64,000 bases of DNA, from assembly GCA_951406725.2 (NCBI GenBank), contig OX597817.1, forward strand, positions 4,898,001 through 4,962,000, read 5' to 3'. The notes beneath the pieces were generated by a model. The model saw only the letters and a list, made by a program, of their open reading frames with translations. It searched no databases and was not told the DNA's origin. Numbering within the stretch: position 1 is the stretch's first letter; each line of letters starts with the position of its first letter. Origin of the DNA: Octopus vulgaris. Taxonomy: Eukaryota. The position numbers and the translations under genes are program-made. Positions 40,056-51,787 of this stretch are shown piece by piece.

Positions 40056-40359
40056 GGCATGAAATGAATGTAAAAAAAGGATAATATATGAGAAAATAAA
40101 ATAAAACGAACGGGACAGTTTAACTTTCTACATACTTGGAGGTATAGCGTATTTGTACGTGTATGCGTGTGTGTGTGTGTGCGCGTAGTGTTTGCCACTT
40201 AGTAAAATAAATGGCTGTATATATGTTTTGGAACGCAAAGAACTACTATAAGTCTATATTTTTTAATTCGTCGTAAAATCTTGTTTGTGGTTATATATTA
40301 AACTTTCAAGTCTATTTACTCGGAATATAAACACTAACTATAAAAAATTTATGATTTAC

Positions 40360-40517
40360 TACTCTAGACTCAAGGCCCAAAATTTTGGAGAGTGTTCAGT
40401 CGATTAGATCGACCCAATACGCAACGGCGGAATTTGAACTCAAAACGTAAAAACAGACGAAATACCGCTTAGCATTTCGCAGAAGCGTGCTAAAGTTTTT
40501 GCCAGCTCGCCGCCTTC
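40360..40517 (-). mobile_element. SINE fragment
   Basis: ggcggaatttgaactcaaaacgtaa..gaaataccgct..gccagctcgccgcctt. Confidence 0.7.
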
Positions 40518-41031
40518 CTAATAACAAATACTGAATTTCGCAAGGCGTTTAGATTTCACTTAAGTAAGAAATATGAATTTTAATGAAAATAAATGTAAAC
40601 GTACTTTACAATAATTAGTTTAAACAATGAAAGGTATTACTGATAGTAAACAACAAAACAGCAAATAGTGTGCAGCTAAAATAATCGCTAATATACACTA
40701 ATAAAAATTGGACCAAGGTACAAATTATTTGAACGCGTATGGAACGCATATGAGACGAGATAATGGAAATCTCAAAACTTATAAATTACGTATCTGGCTG
40801 TAAATAAACGTATAGTAATATAGGGTGTGATTGTTACACGAAAAGATAGATACACCAGTCCAGGTCACGCTAGACCTCATTTTCAGCTGATTAAACGAGA
40901 CAACATAAAGTAAGGTGAATTGCTACACGACACAATACGTTTCTTGGAACTTATGACGTTGACACGAACATCTAACACGAGAGCACAGCACAGCACAGAC
41001 ACATATCTATCTATCTCTTTCTATCTATCTA

Positions 41032-41084
<53 letters not shown>

Positions 41085-41164
41085 GTATATGGAAAGAACC
41101 TTATGAAAAACTCCTGGAATTCAAAACCATACTAAACAACATACATCCCAACATCCAATTCACT

Positions 41165-42136
41165 ATGGAATTAAGCAAACATCATCTCCCATTCCTTGAT
41201 CTCCTAATTATAAAAACACCTAAGAACCAAATCATAACAAACATCTACCACAAACCTGCAGACTCACAACAATACCTCCTCTTTAGTTCATGCCACCCAA
41301 AACACACCAAGACAAATATCCCTTTCAATTTAGCTAAAAGGGTATGCACCATTGTCTCGGATACAAAAACACGAGAAATACGCCTTCAAGACCTCAAAAA
41401 AACACTATTACAACGTCAATATCCCTCCACCCTTATAGAGTATGGAATAAAACGCGCCAAAGAACTAGACAACACTACACTGAAAACCACCCAACCTAAC
41501 ACCACACACAACCTCAAAATACTTCCATACATTTCCACCCACAACCCCAAAAATATCGAAGCATACACCACAATCATACAAAACCTCAGTCTACTGTCAA
41601 CAGACCCAAGAATGAAAAACATTATAAATACACACAAAATCCTCAAATGCAAAAGGCAACACAAATCTTTAAAAAAACTCTTGACAAATGCCAAACTTCA
41701 CACACCACATCCACCCCCAACAGTAAAAAAATGTGCACGCTCAAACTGTGGTACCTGCCCCTTTCTACTTGAAGGCTCTGAATTTACCTTCAAACAAGGT
41801 ACGAAGTTTAAAATCAAGATTAACTTCTCCTGTTCCTCCGAGAACCTTATCTACGTTCTCACATGCGCTGGTTGCCAACATAATTATGTTGGACAAACGA
41901 GTCTCCCGTTACGTAAACGAGTAACGGTGCATAAAGAACAAATAAATCTCCCGGAATACCGACAAATTCCACTGAGTGACCACTTAGACTCATGTGCTAA
42001 AGACTTAAACCCCAAATTCTATATATTCCCCTTCTACCAATGTAAAGACGGGATCACCACACAGGAGAGAATTAACAAGGAGAATCTCTTTATTGAAAAA
42101 TTCCAAACACAACTTAATATGCAAACTCCTCGTTGA
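41165..42136 (+). CDS. Penelope RT C-terminus, CxxxxCxxC linker and GIY-YIG endonuclease (open frame begins ~41090)
   Basis: IHPNIQFTME, LPFLDL, YHKP, SCHP, CARSNCGTC, LIYVLTCAGCQHNYVGQT..LRKRVTVH, ERINKE. Confidence 0.92.
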   Translation: MELSKHHLPFLDLLIIKTPKNQIITNIYHKPADSQQYLLFSSCHPKHTKTNIPFNLAKRVCTIVSDTKTREIRLQDLKKTLLQRQYPSTLIEYGIKRAKELDNTTLKTTQPNTTHNLKILPYISTHNPKNIEAYTTIIQNLSLLSTDPRMKNIINTHKILKCKRQHKSLKKLLTNAKLHTPHPPPTVKKCARSNCGTCPFLLEGSEFTFKQGTKFKIKINFSCSSENLIYVLTCAGCQHNYVGQTSLPLRKRVTVHKEQINLPEYRQIPLSDHLDSCAKDLNPKFYIFPFYQCKDGITTQERINKENLFIEKFQTQLNMQTPR

Positions 42137-42767
42137 TCAAACTTCCTTTCTCTACCTCACTCTTCATGGATGGACTAACACAAATATATAAAGATACCAT
42201 GCATTCATCACTTCAAGCTAAAACTTATATTCATTAAATATCATTTTTACTATTGTTGTTATTACTATCATTTTTATTATAAATGATATGACAATTTGAA
42301 ATGCAATTGTCTATGCAGATTTATATTATTAGAAAATAATATAAATAAAGTGTTAAAATCTGAAAGTTAAGTTAACAAGCAATTATATAAAAAAGATAAT
42401 GCAAATGAAGCTAAAATGATAGTTTTATAATTTGGGTTTTATTGAAGAACTCAAAAGAGTTGTCTCCCCTTACTCACAACACAGGAACTGAAGAACTAGG
42501 ACCACAATTACTACTACTTCCTGTCCTGCAACATGCTGAATTTAACAACACAACACATCACATGCTCTTAATCCCTTTGGATCTTAACACCTCAAGGTAA
42601 TTTTTTGGTAAACAACCATAAAACTCAAGATACACAACGAACTCACAATGTATCGGAGAACTTATTTTTTAATTTTTGTACATTTTTATCATTATTCTTT
42701 TACAAAAAACAATGCAATTTTCTTTTTTTCCCCTTTCTAATTTTTAAAAAACTTCTTAAAACATAAA

Positions 42768-42808
42768 TATTCTTGACAAGTCATACAATGACGAAAACCG
42801 GTTGAATA
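42768..42808 (+). ncRNA. degenerate minimal hammerhead in a Penelope pLTR
   Basis: tattc TTGACAA gtcat-aca-atgac GAAA accggtt gaata; stems intact, core mutated. Confidence 0.5.
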
Positions 42809-42900
42809 AATATATATTTATATATTTTATCATTTTCTCATTTTATTAAAATTTTCGTTCATTTGAGCATTCTGCATTTTTAAAAAAATTTTTCCTTATA

Positions 42901-42973
<73 letters not shown>

Positions 42974-44527
42974 CTCTGTGTGTGTTTTATTTCATGTAAG
43001 CCATCGTACATTGAACAAAAACGTCGCTTCATGCTTCAAGTTTCAAACATTGTCAAGCTTCACTTTGCTTTTCGTCCTTTACTTGCCTTTCATCCTTCCG
43101 GTTTAGATAAAATATAAACAATACGGTATTGCTGTATAAAGAAACACATTTTATTCCCAAATGCGCATCTTTCTTGTGCTTCTGTTATAAATCTTGTTCA
43201 CGAAACAACTGACTGAAAACATATTTCAGTATACCACAACGGCTATTATTGTTAGTTAATTCGGAACACCTATCCAGCAATTCTTTGCTCATTAACAGGT
43301 ATTGTTGTGTACCAGCGAGAACAATTACTTGTTAGTCTGTTATCAGCGCCCTTCTATATATTCTATCTAATCAGACCGGTTTACCTAATTGTAAATACGT
43401 AACACGTGATAGCATTGAACGCTCTGTAATATTGGCAATTACTTCGGTGACAATAAGCATCTATCGCAGACATAGTATGAGGATTGGTGATGCGCAAGAT
43501 ATTATGTCTCTGTCTTATGTTTACACGAATACGACATCATCAGTACTTCATTTACTCTAGTATTATACTTCAGCGCTGATAGTATTCCCCAAATGTGTGA
43601 GATGGAGTAATTATTGAAGGGTAACATTTCTGAATTGGATGAGATTCCTATAGCACATATTTTCTTCTGCTCTTTCATCACTATTAGCTATAATGAACTG
43701 TGAATTTTGATACTTTCCAATGAAACTATACATTCCTTAAGCGAAAATATATATTTTGTAAATTTGTGTTGCTCGGTCTTTAGTATACCTATACATTTTT
43801 CCGTCGTGCATACTAGCCTTACTGAATTATTTCCCCGAGGACACTTTCGATCATTTATGCACATTCTACCATGCTATAAATATTCTTAATTGTTTACTGT
43901 ATGTCAAATTCTTACGTCTGTCTGCAGTCACGGAAGTGGATTGCTTTTGGAATGATGCCTTTTGAAGCAGAAACAGGTGTTCACAGCTCTTCTCTTGTTA
44001 ATATTGACTTTAGGAGATTATCTCCCCTTCTCATTTGGAGTCCTTTGTAAACGCCTATGGCTAATACTTTACAATGTCTTGAAGCGAAAATATTAGCTGT
44101 TTCTTTCATTGTTTTGATGTGTACTCACAAACAAAAGCACACGAATACATACAAACGTAACACGTACATACAATCACACTAATTTGTATCTAACTCACAT
44201 ATGAGCTTAGTTATACTGAATTTATATATCCATCTTCAAAAACATGATTTTAAGAAGTATAAGATGATAATTGTTCTTCACAGTAAGGAATACAGAAATG
44301 CAATTTTGACATCCTTATCGTGTGTTGGTCTGTATTTCAGTAAACCTGCCACCCTTTCTCTCTCTCTCTCTCTCTCTCTGACTCTCTCTCTCTCTATCAT
44401 ATATATAAAGCTATTGCTATTGATAATTAATATATAAAAAATAAGGTGCATTCCATAGCATTTGAGACTTTTTCAGTAGCGCACTGATAACTGTCCTGGA
44501 TATTTGCTATTATAGAATGTCATTACT

Positions 44528-44908
44528 GGAATGGAAGCACTCCGTCGGTTACGACGACGAGTGCTCCGGTTGATCCGAATCAACGGAACAGCCTGTTCGT
44601 GAAATTAACGTGTAAATGGCTGAGCACTCCACAGACACGTGCACCCTTAACGTAGTTCTCGGGGATATTCAGCGTGACACAGAGTGACAAGGCCGGCCCT
44701 TTGAAATACAGGTACAACAGAAGTAAGAGTGAGAGAAAGTTGTGGTGAAAGAGTACAGCAGGGATCACCACCATCTCCTGCCGGAGCCTCGTGGAGCTTT
44801 TAGGTGTTTTCGCTCAATAAACACTCACAACGCCCGGTCTGGGAATCGAAACCGCGATCCTATGACCGTGAGTCCGCTGCCCTAACCACTGGGCCATTGC
44901 GCCTCCAC
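44528..44908 (-). mobile_element. young full-length tRNA-derived SINE with 12-bp TSD
   Basis: TSD aatgtcattact at 44516-44527 and 44909-44920; reverse complement of 31232-31620. Confidence 0.93.
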
Positions 44909-46111
44909 AATGTCATTACTACCCATTGAATGAGCCGACCTGCACACTTTTGTTATTCGACTTTCAAGGCGATGGTTGCAACAACACACATTCTATTGTG
45001 TGTCCTATACACCCGTGGATACAAATACTTGAAAAAGAAATTCTGTTCCTTTCTCTTGTCGCTGCTTATCCAGTAGTTTAGAAATTATGTCAGAGGATTA
45101 TGGCAAAGGGAGCACGTACCGTGGTATGTTTTATACGTACATGTGAATTTAGAAAGGAGACAATTCAGTTGAATACACATCGTCAAAATCGACGCAGAAC
45201 TATGAGCATACATGCACACACATACACAAGTAAGCACATGCTTACATATATGCGTATGTATATACATACATTCATGTTCATTTATTCTCAGATTAAGAAA
45301 AAAAACAGTGCTTAATCGCGTAGTAGAGATTATTAATATAATTTAATCATATAGTTATTGACTCTATAATGTCTCATTTTAAACTAATCCAAAGTTATAG
45401 GCTATCATAAAACTACTTCGAGGACTTCTTGCTTTATAAAAACAAACCATCTACATATGCAAGAATATCTGTACAGGTTCTGAAATTACAAGCGAAAATG
45501 GAGAAAACAAGTCTTTAAATACATCAATTTACGGTCGTTTCATCTGAATTCGATTTCATCAGTCCTTTTACATTATGCAATAATATATGCAGTTGAACAT
45601 GGCACAAACCGATCCAGACTCATGAAAGGAAACTACAAATGGCTTATATACGTAATTCCGATGAGTCTCGTTCATTGAATATGCCTTCTTAATGGCATCT
45701 GATGAGTCAATCCGAACTTTCATGTGTGCACCAGCAGCAAATTGGAGACCCAGATGTCCATTAGATACATTTCAGTAACCACCTAGCAATATGTGCTCGG
45801 AAAATATTTATAGTATTTACATTCTACAAACTACACTGTCCAAGTGAAATTGTGAGAAAAATCAGAGAAAAGAACTTAGTTGATATATTCCAACCCAAGC
45901 TAAATAAACAATAATACTAATACTTAGAGGTACTAATTCTTCTGCTACCAATTAACAAAATTAATACTAAAGGTGCTCATCATGACGATAGCTAAGTCAA
46001 GAGAAGAGCCAACAAAAAATTTCCTATTTGGGGATTTGAAGTTCTATTTCCACAGCCACTCCTACCACCAGCAACAACAACAATAAGAACAACGACAATA
46101 ATAACAAAGAA

Positions 46112-48137
46112 GGTGCCGAAAGTGGTCAAAGATGGTACCGACAGAGATCAAAGAGCGCGCCGACAGAGAGCAAAGAGGGTGCCGACAGAGATCAAACAGC
46201 GTGCCGACAGAGATCAAAGAGGATGCCGACAGAGATCAAAGAGGGTCCCGAAATTGATCAATTAGGAGTGTTGACTGAGATCAAAGAGGGTGCCGACATA
46301 GATCAAAGAGGATGCCGACAGAGATCAAAGAGCGTGCCGACAGAGATCAAAGAGCGTGCCGACAGAGATCAAAGAGGATGCCGACAGAGATCAAAGAGCG
46401 TGTCAACAGAGATCAAAGAGGGTTGCCGACAGAGATCAAAGAGCGTGCCGACAGAGATCAAAGAGCGTGCCGACAGAGATCAAAGAGGGTGCCGACAGAG
46501 ATCAAAGAGGATGCCGACAGAGATCGAAGAGCGTGCCGACAGAGATCAAAGAGGATGCCGACAGAGATCAAAGAGCGTGCCGACAGGGATCAAAGAGGGT
46601 GCCGACAGAGATCAAAGAGGGTGCCGACATAGATCAAAGAGGATGACGACAGAGATCAAAGAGCGTGCCGACAGAGATCAAAGAGCGTGTCAACAGAGAT
46701 CACAGAGCGTGCCGACAGAGATCAAAGAGCGTGCCGACAGAGATCAAAGAGCGTGCCGACAGAGATCAAAGAGCGTGCCGACATAGATCAAAGAGGGTTG
46801 CCGACATAGATCAAAGAGCGTGCCGACAGAGATCAAAGAGGGTGCCGACAGAGATCAAAGAGGATGCCGACAGAGATCAAAGAGGATGCCGACAGAGATC
46901 AAAGAGGATGCCGACAGAGATCAAAGAGCGTGCCGACAGAGATCAAAGAGCGTGCCGACAGATATCAAAGAGCGTGCCGACAGAGATCAAATAGGATGCC
47001 GACAGAGATCAAAGAGGATGCCGACAGAGATCAAAGAGGATGCCGACAGAGATCAAAGAGCGTGTCAACAGAGATCAAAGAGGGTTGCCGACAGAGATCA
47101 AAGAGCGTGCCGACAGAGATCAAAGAGCGTGCCGACAGAGATCAAAGAGCGTGCCGACATAGATCAAAGAGGGTTGCCGACATAGATCAAAGAGCGTGCC
47201 GACAGAGATCAAAGAGCGTGCCGACAGAGATCAAAGAGGATGCCGACAGAGATCAAAGAGCGTGCCGACAGAGATCAAAGAGGATGCCGACAGAGATCAA
47301 AGAGCGTGCCGACAGGGATCAAAGAGGGTGCCGACAGAGATCAAAGAGGGTGCCGACATAGATCAAAGAGGATGACGACAGAGATCAAAGAGCGTGCCGA
47401 CAGAGATCAAAGAGCGTGTCGACATAGATCAAAGAGCGTGCCGACAGAGATCAAAGAGCGTGCCGACATAGATCAAAGAGGGTTGCCGACATAGATCAAA
47501 GAGCGTGCCGACAGAGATCAAAGAGCGTGCCGACATAGATCAAAGAGGGTTGCCGACATAGATCAAAGAGCGTGCCGACAGAGATCAAAGAGGATGCCGA
47601 CAGAGATCAAAGAGCGTGCCGACAGGGATCAAAGAGGGTGCCGACAGAGATCAAAGAGGGTGCCGACATAGATCAAAGAGGATGACGACAGAGATCAAAG
47701 AGCGTGCCGACATAGATCAAAGAGGGTTGCCGACAGAGATCAAAGAGCGTGCCGACAGAGATCAAAGAGCGTGCCGACAGAGATCAAAGAGCGTGCCGAC
47801 AGAGATCAAAGAGGATTCCGACAGAGATCAAAGAGGATGCCGACAGAGATCAAAGAGCGTGTCAACAGAGATCAAAGAGGGTGCCGACAGAGATCAAAGA
47901 GGATGCCGACAGAGATCAAAGAGGATGCCGACAGAGATCAAAGAGCGTGCCGACAGATATCATAGAGGGTGCCGACAGATATCAAAGAGGGTCCCGAAAT
48001 TGATCAAATAGGAGTGTTGACTGAGATCAAAGAGGGTGCCGACAGAGATCAAAGAGGTGCCGACAGAGATCAAAGAGGTGCTGACAGAGATCAAAGGGGT
48101 GCCGATAGAGGTCAAAGAGTCTGCCGACAGAGATCAA
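46112..48137. repeat. 22-bp minisatellite, about 90 units, consensus gccgacagagatcaaagagcgt
   Basis: unit-end variants gagcgt, gagggt, gaggat, gagggtt; this array generates all overlapping ORFs in the region. Confidence 0.97.
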
Positions 48138-48278
48138 TATATTAACGAATGTTACAGCACGATTGATCAGACAGAATTCAGATCAACAATTGTAAATTAA
48201 CGTATTAAAATGTCTTGTTCACTACATTATTTTCGCTTGTAAATATCTATATATCTATCTATCTATTATGTATCTATT

Positions 48279-48326
<48 letters not shown>

Positions 48327-48395
48327 TGTATGTTTGTGTGTATACATATATATATATATATTGAGAGAGAGAGTTTTAAATATATATATGTAAAC

Positions 48396-48740
48396 CAGTG
48401 GTTGTTACCTGGGGTCCACATGGCCCCTGAGAGTCTGTATATGATTTTGGGGCGTTGATGCACTCAATATTGAATTGGTGATCCACAATAGTATTCCAAA
48501 TACCCTGAGAAATCGTTGCTTTAGATGTACGTATTGGTGTGTATTGCAAGAAGCAACTAAGTTTTTACACTAACATTTTACAAACTTCAAACTATACAAG
48601 TTAATGTTTGAAAAGAAAAAAAATTTAATTTTGAAAGAAGTTTCTATAAAGTCATTTTTTAACATTGAATAGGTATGGTAGCCCACCAGAACAGAATAGT
48701 GACCGAAATCCATAGATAAGAAATGGCTGAGAACCCTTGC
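48396..48740. mobile_element. probable hAT-type MITE
   Basis: cagtggttgttacct ... tggctgagaacccttg degenerate TIRs. Confidence 0.45.
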
Positions 48741-49698
48741 AAAATATGTAAATGCGATATAGCTTTTTAAGTGGTATTTTGAAATCTCATGTGATGAAAT
48801 AGTAGGAAGCACTTCTGGGAGGAGACAAGAGAGAAGAACAAGAAAGGATGGCTTATCTTCCATAAGAACAGTGATTAATAGAATGGAGTGATTGAAGTAG
48901 TCACAACTGCAGATCGAATTTCTGCCCGAATCTTCGCCTTCCCAAGAAATGATACCCATCGTAACTCCACAATGAACAAAAGTATTCTTAGCAACTGTTA
49001 CGTAACGCAGATAAATATTGCCTATTCACCCAATGCCTTAGTCCATCTCTTGCAATGCTTAACATCTGTTTTCTGAATATCACTACTGCCATGTTCATAT
49101 GAAGCCAACCGATGTTTATCAGTTACAAGTCCCGGACTGGACATATGTTGTTACGGGTACACACATAAACACACGTATCTCTTTCTCTTAATCTCTCTCT
49201 CTCTCTCTCTTCCTTTCTTCTCTCCCTTCCTTTCTCCTCTCACATACGCACACATGTATGTATGTAAATATGTATGCATACATCACCAGCTATGCTGAAA
49301 ACAGAAATGCTCAGTTATACGCACACATGAAAACAAACATCTCTATAGACACTTACAAACGATTATATATACATTAAAAATAGCAATGAAATGTGTATTT
49401 TTGCGTCAGAAGAGATAACAAGCTTTCACAATCACACGTGCATACGCACAAACACGTACGCAAGCCCACACAGTTATATAGCTGATTATTACATTTCACT
49501 GCTTTCTATGTTCATTTTACATATAAGCCTACATATATTCGTATGATATATATAGATGAATATACATTTATGCATACATTTTCTATCTATCCATTTATCT
49601 TTTTACATACAAAGCACATGCCTATATACATATACATATGCATATATATGTATATCAATGTGTATGTATGTATGTATGTATATACATACACCAGTATG

Positions 49699-49766
<68 letters not shown>

Positions 49767-50663
49767 CATGCACACACGCACACATATACACATCCAAAAT
49801 TATCCAAATTTATGCCTACCTTATTTTTCTTAATATATGTATGTATGTGTGTGTGTGAGTTTATGTTTATATACCCATACAGAGATGCATATACACATCC
49901 ATGCATATAGAGACATACACATGCACACTCATATATACGCACACAGAGACATCTCAAAAATATATAGCCACGATCCGTTCATTTTGGAATATTTGCAGTT
50001 CTTGTATCTACGGAGCATCTTTATGCAAGTAATAGTAAATATACGCACTAATTCGATTTCAACTAATCAACAGATTGTTTAATTTTTTTTTTAGAGGGTG
50101 GCGACTTATCAATTGTTTGCCAACGCTTTTCATAGCTCACAACGATCTCATCAATGAAAAGCCCTCTATCCTCCAGTCTGCTCTGTGATTGAGTATTAGT
50201 CTTATCTCTACGTACATGTGGGGGTGTAAAGGTGTGATGAATTAAGAGAAAACTAAAGGGATGTAATCAAAAGAAGTGTATATGCGAGTGTGTTTACGCT
50301 CGCGTGCCTGCTTAGATGTGTGTGCATGAGCGCGTGTACATTGATCGTTAGTGGCCGCTTTAGCGAGTTGGCCTCTGAATCACAGGACAGCTTCGCTTCA
50401 AATATTCTTGCTTGTCATCTCCAAAAGAGTCTACAGGTGCATTGAGTTTCTTATGTGAAGAAAAGTGTGTATTTTCAGCCGTGGTTACCCCTTAGTGCGT
50501 ATGTGTGTGTATGACAGTGTGCGTGTTTGTGTGTGCGGGAATATGCGTGTGTGTGCGTGAATATGCGTGTGTGTGCGTGATTGTGAGATTGGTTTTGTGA
50601 ACGAAAATATGTGTATGTGAGTTTACAATTCTAACTTTTTAGGTGGTAGAAAATCTAGGAGTG

Positions 50664-51424
50664 TATATTCCATCACAGCTATGTAAATATACATACTTGA
50701 CAAGATCACCGGTACTGATAGGAAGTGCGTCGTCTGTACATTTAAACCAGAGGTTAACTCTAAAATTAGAAATATAGTCTACCGTATAAAAAGTATGGCG
50801 GATGAATGTAAGAACTCAACTACGGCATGTATTACCGAAACCTCTAGAAGTTTAGCGAGGAGTATGAATTTGAACTGGCGGGAGTTTAAGGACAAGAAAC
50901 AATCCTCGTTAGAGTCAACATGCTAAAGATTAAACATGGCTGCATAATGAATCATATTAGTTTTAAAACAAATAATTAAGAAGTTAGTTACGTAAAAATC
51001 TATCTATATATCTATCTATCTATCTATCTCTTTATCTTTCTGTTCGTCTGCCAGTCAGCCTGTATATAAATCCATATATTTCACTATTTGTCGTATATTC
51101 TTACACATTTGCGCACACATTTACGCACCCACGCGCGCGTGCACAACGGACACACACATATACACACACTTTTCTACAACGTACCAAACAATATATCTAT
51201 CGATATATATGTATATATATGTATATATATGTATATATAATAGAGGTTTCGGCAATACATGCCGTAGTTGAGTTCTTACATTCATCCGCCATACTTTTTA
51301 TACGGTAGACTATATTTCTAATTTTAGAGTTAACCTCTGGTTTAAATGTACAGACGACGCACTTCCTATCAGTACCGGTGATCTTGTCAAGTATGTATAT
51401 TTACATAGCTGTGATAGAATATAT
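50664..51424. repeat. 183-bp inverted duplication (50664-50846 / 51241-51424)
   Basis: arms are reverse complements with ~2 mismatches. Confidence 0.9.
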
Positions 51425-51465
51425 GTAATTAAATTTACAATTAGACTGACAAGTTTCGTTTTTTC

Positions 51466-51552
51466 ACTTTCCCGAAGAGAAGATTGCATTGTTTATACCT
51501 TTTATTCTTTTGAATAAGTATCAGTGGAATTTTTGAAACATATGTAGAAAGT
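51466..51552 (+). ncRNA. hammerhead with long stem II (core CCGAAGA) in a pLTR fragment running to ~51742
   Basis: actttc CCGAAGA ... GAAAC atat GTA gaaagt; palindromic ACATATGT stem III. Confidence 0.6.
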
Positions 51553-51742
51553 AAAAATACTTGTTTAAACCTGCGTTAACTCCATTTTTTATTCATATTA
51601 TTCAAATATTCAACGTAAACACGAAGTTTCAACCTTTATAAACAAGGAGTTACAACATCTTTAATTGTGAGATTTTTGCTGCCCTGGTAACTATTCATTC
51701 ATTTATCCGTGTTAATTGTTAACAAGGTAAAATACACTCATC

Positions 51743-51781
<39 letters not shown>

Positions 51782-51787
<6 letters not shown>

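Larger units (their letters stand above)
41090..42897 (+). mobile_element. 5'-truncated Penelope-like element (Neptune-type Zn linker) between (TA)n tracts
   Basis: ORF below plus 3'UTR/pLTR with a degenerate hammerhead at 42768-42808. Confidence 0.92.

Noticed and set aside
45525-45568. Minus-strand hammerhead-like core CTGATGA..GAAACGACCGTA
   Set aside because: Stem I cannot form; at best a decayed copy
45655-45730. ccgatgag and ctgatgag motifs
   Set aside because: No correctly placed GAAA and NUH with pairing stems
46112-48137. CRISPR array or repetitive protein gene
   Set aside because: Units are contiguous with no unique spacers and no cas genes; the 22-bp period gives the same peptide in all frames with scattered TAG stops
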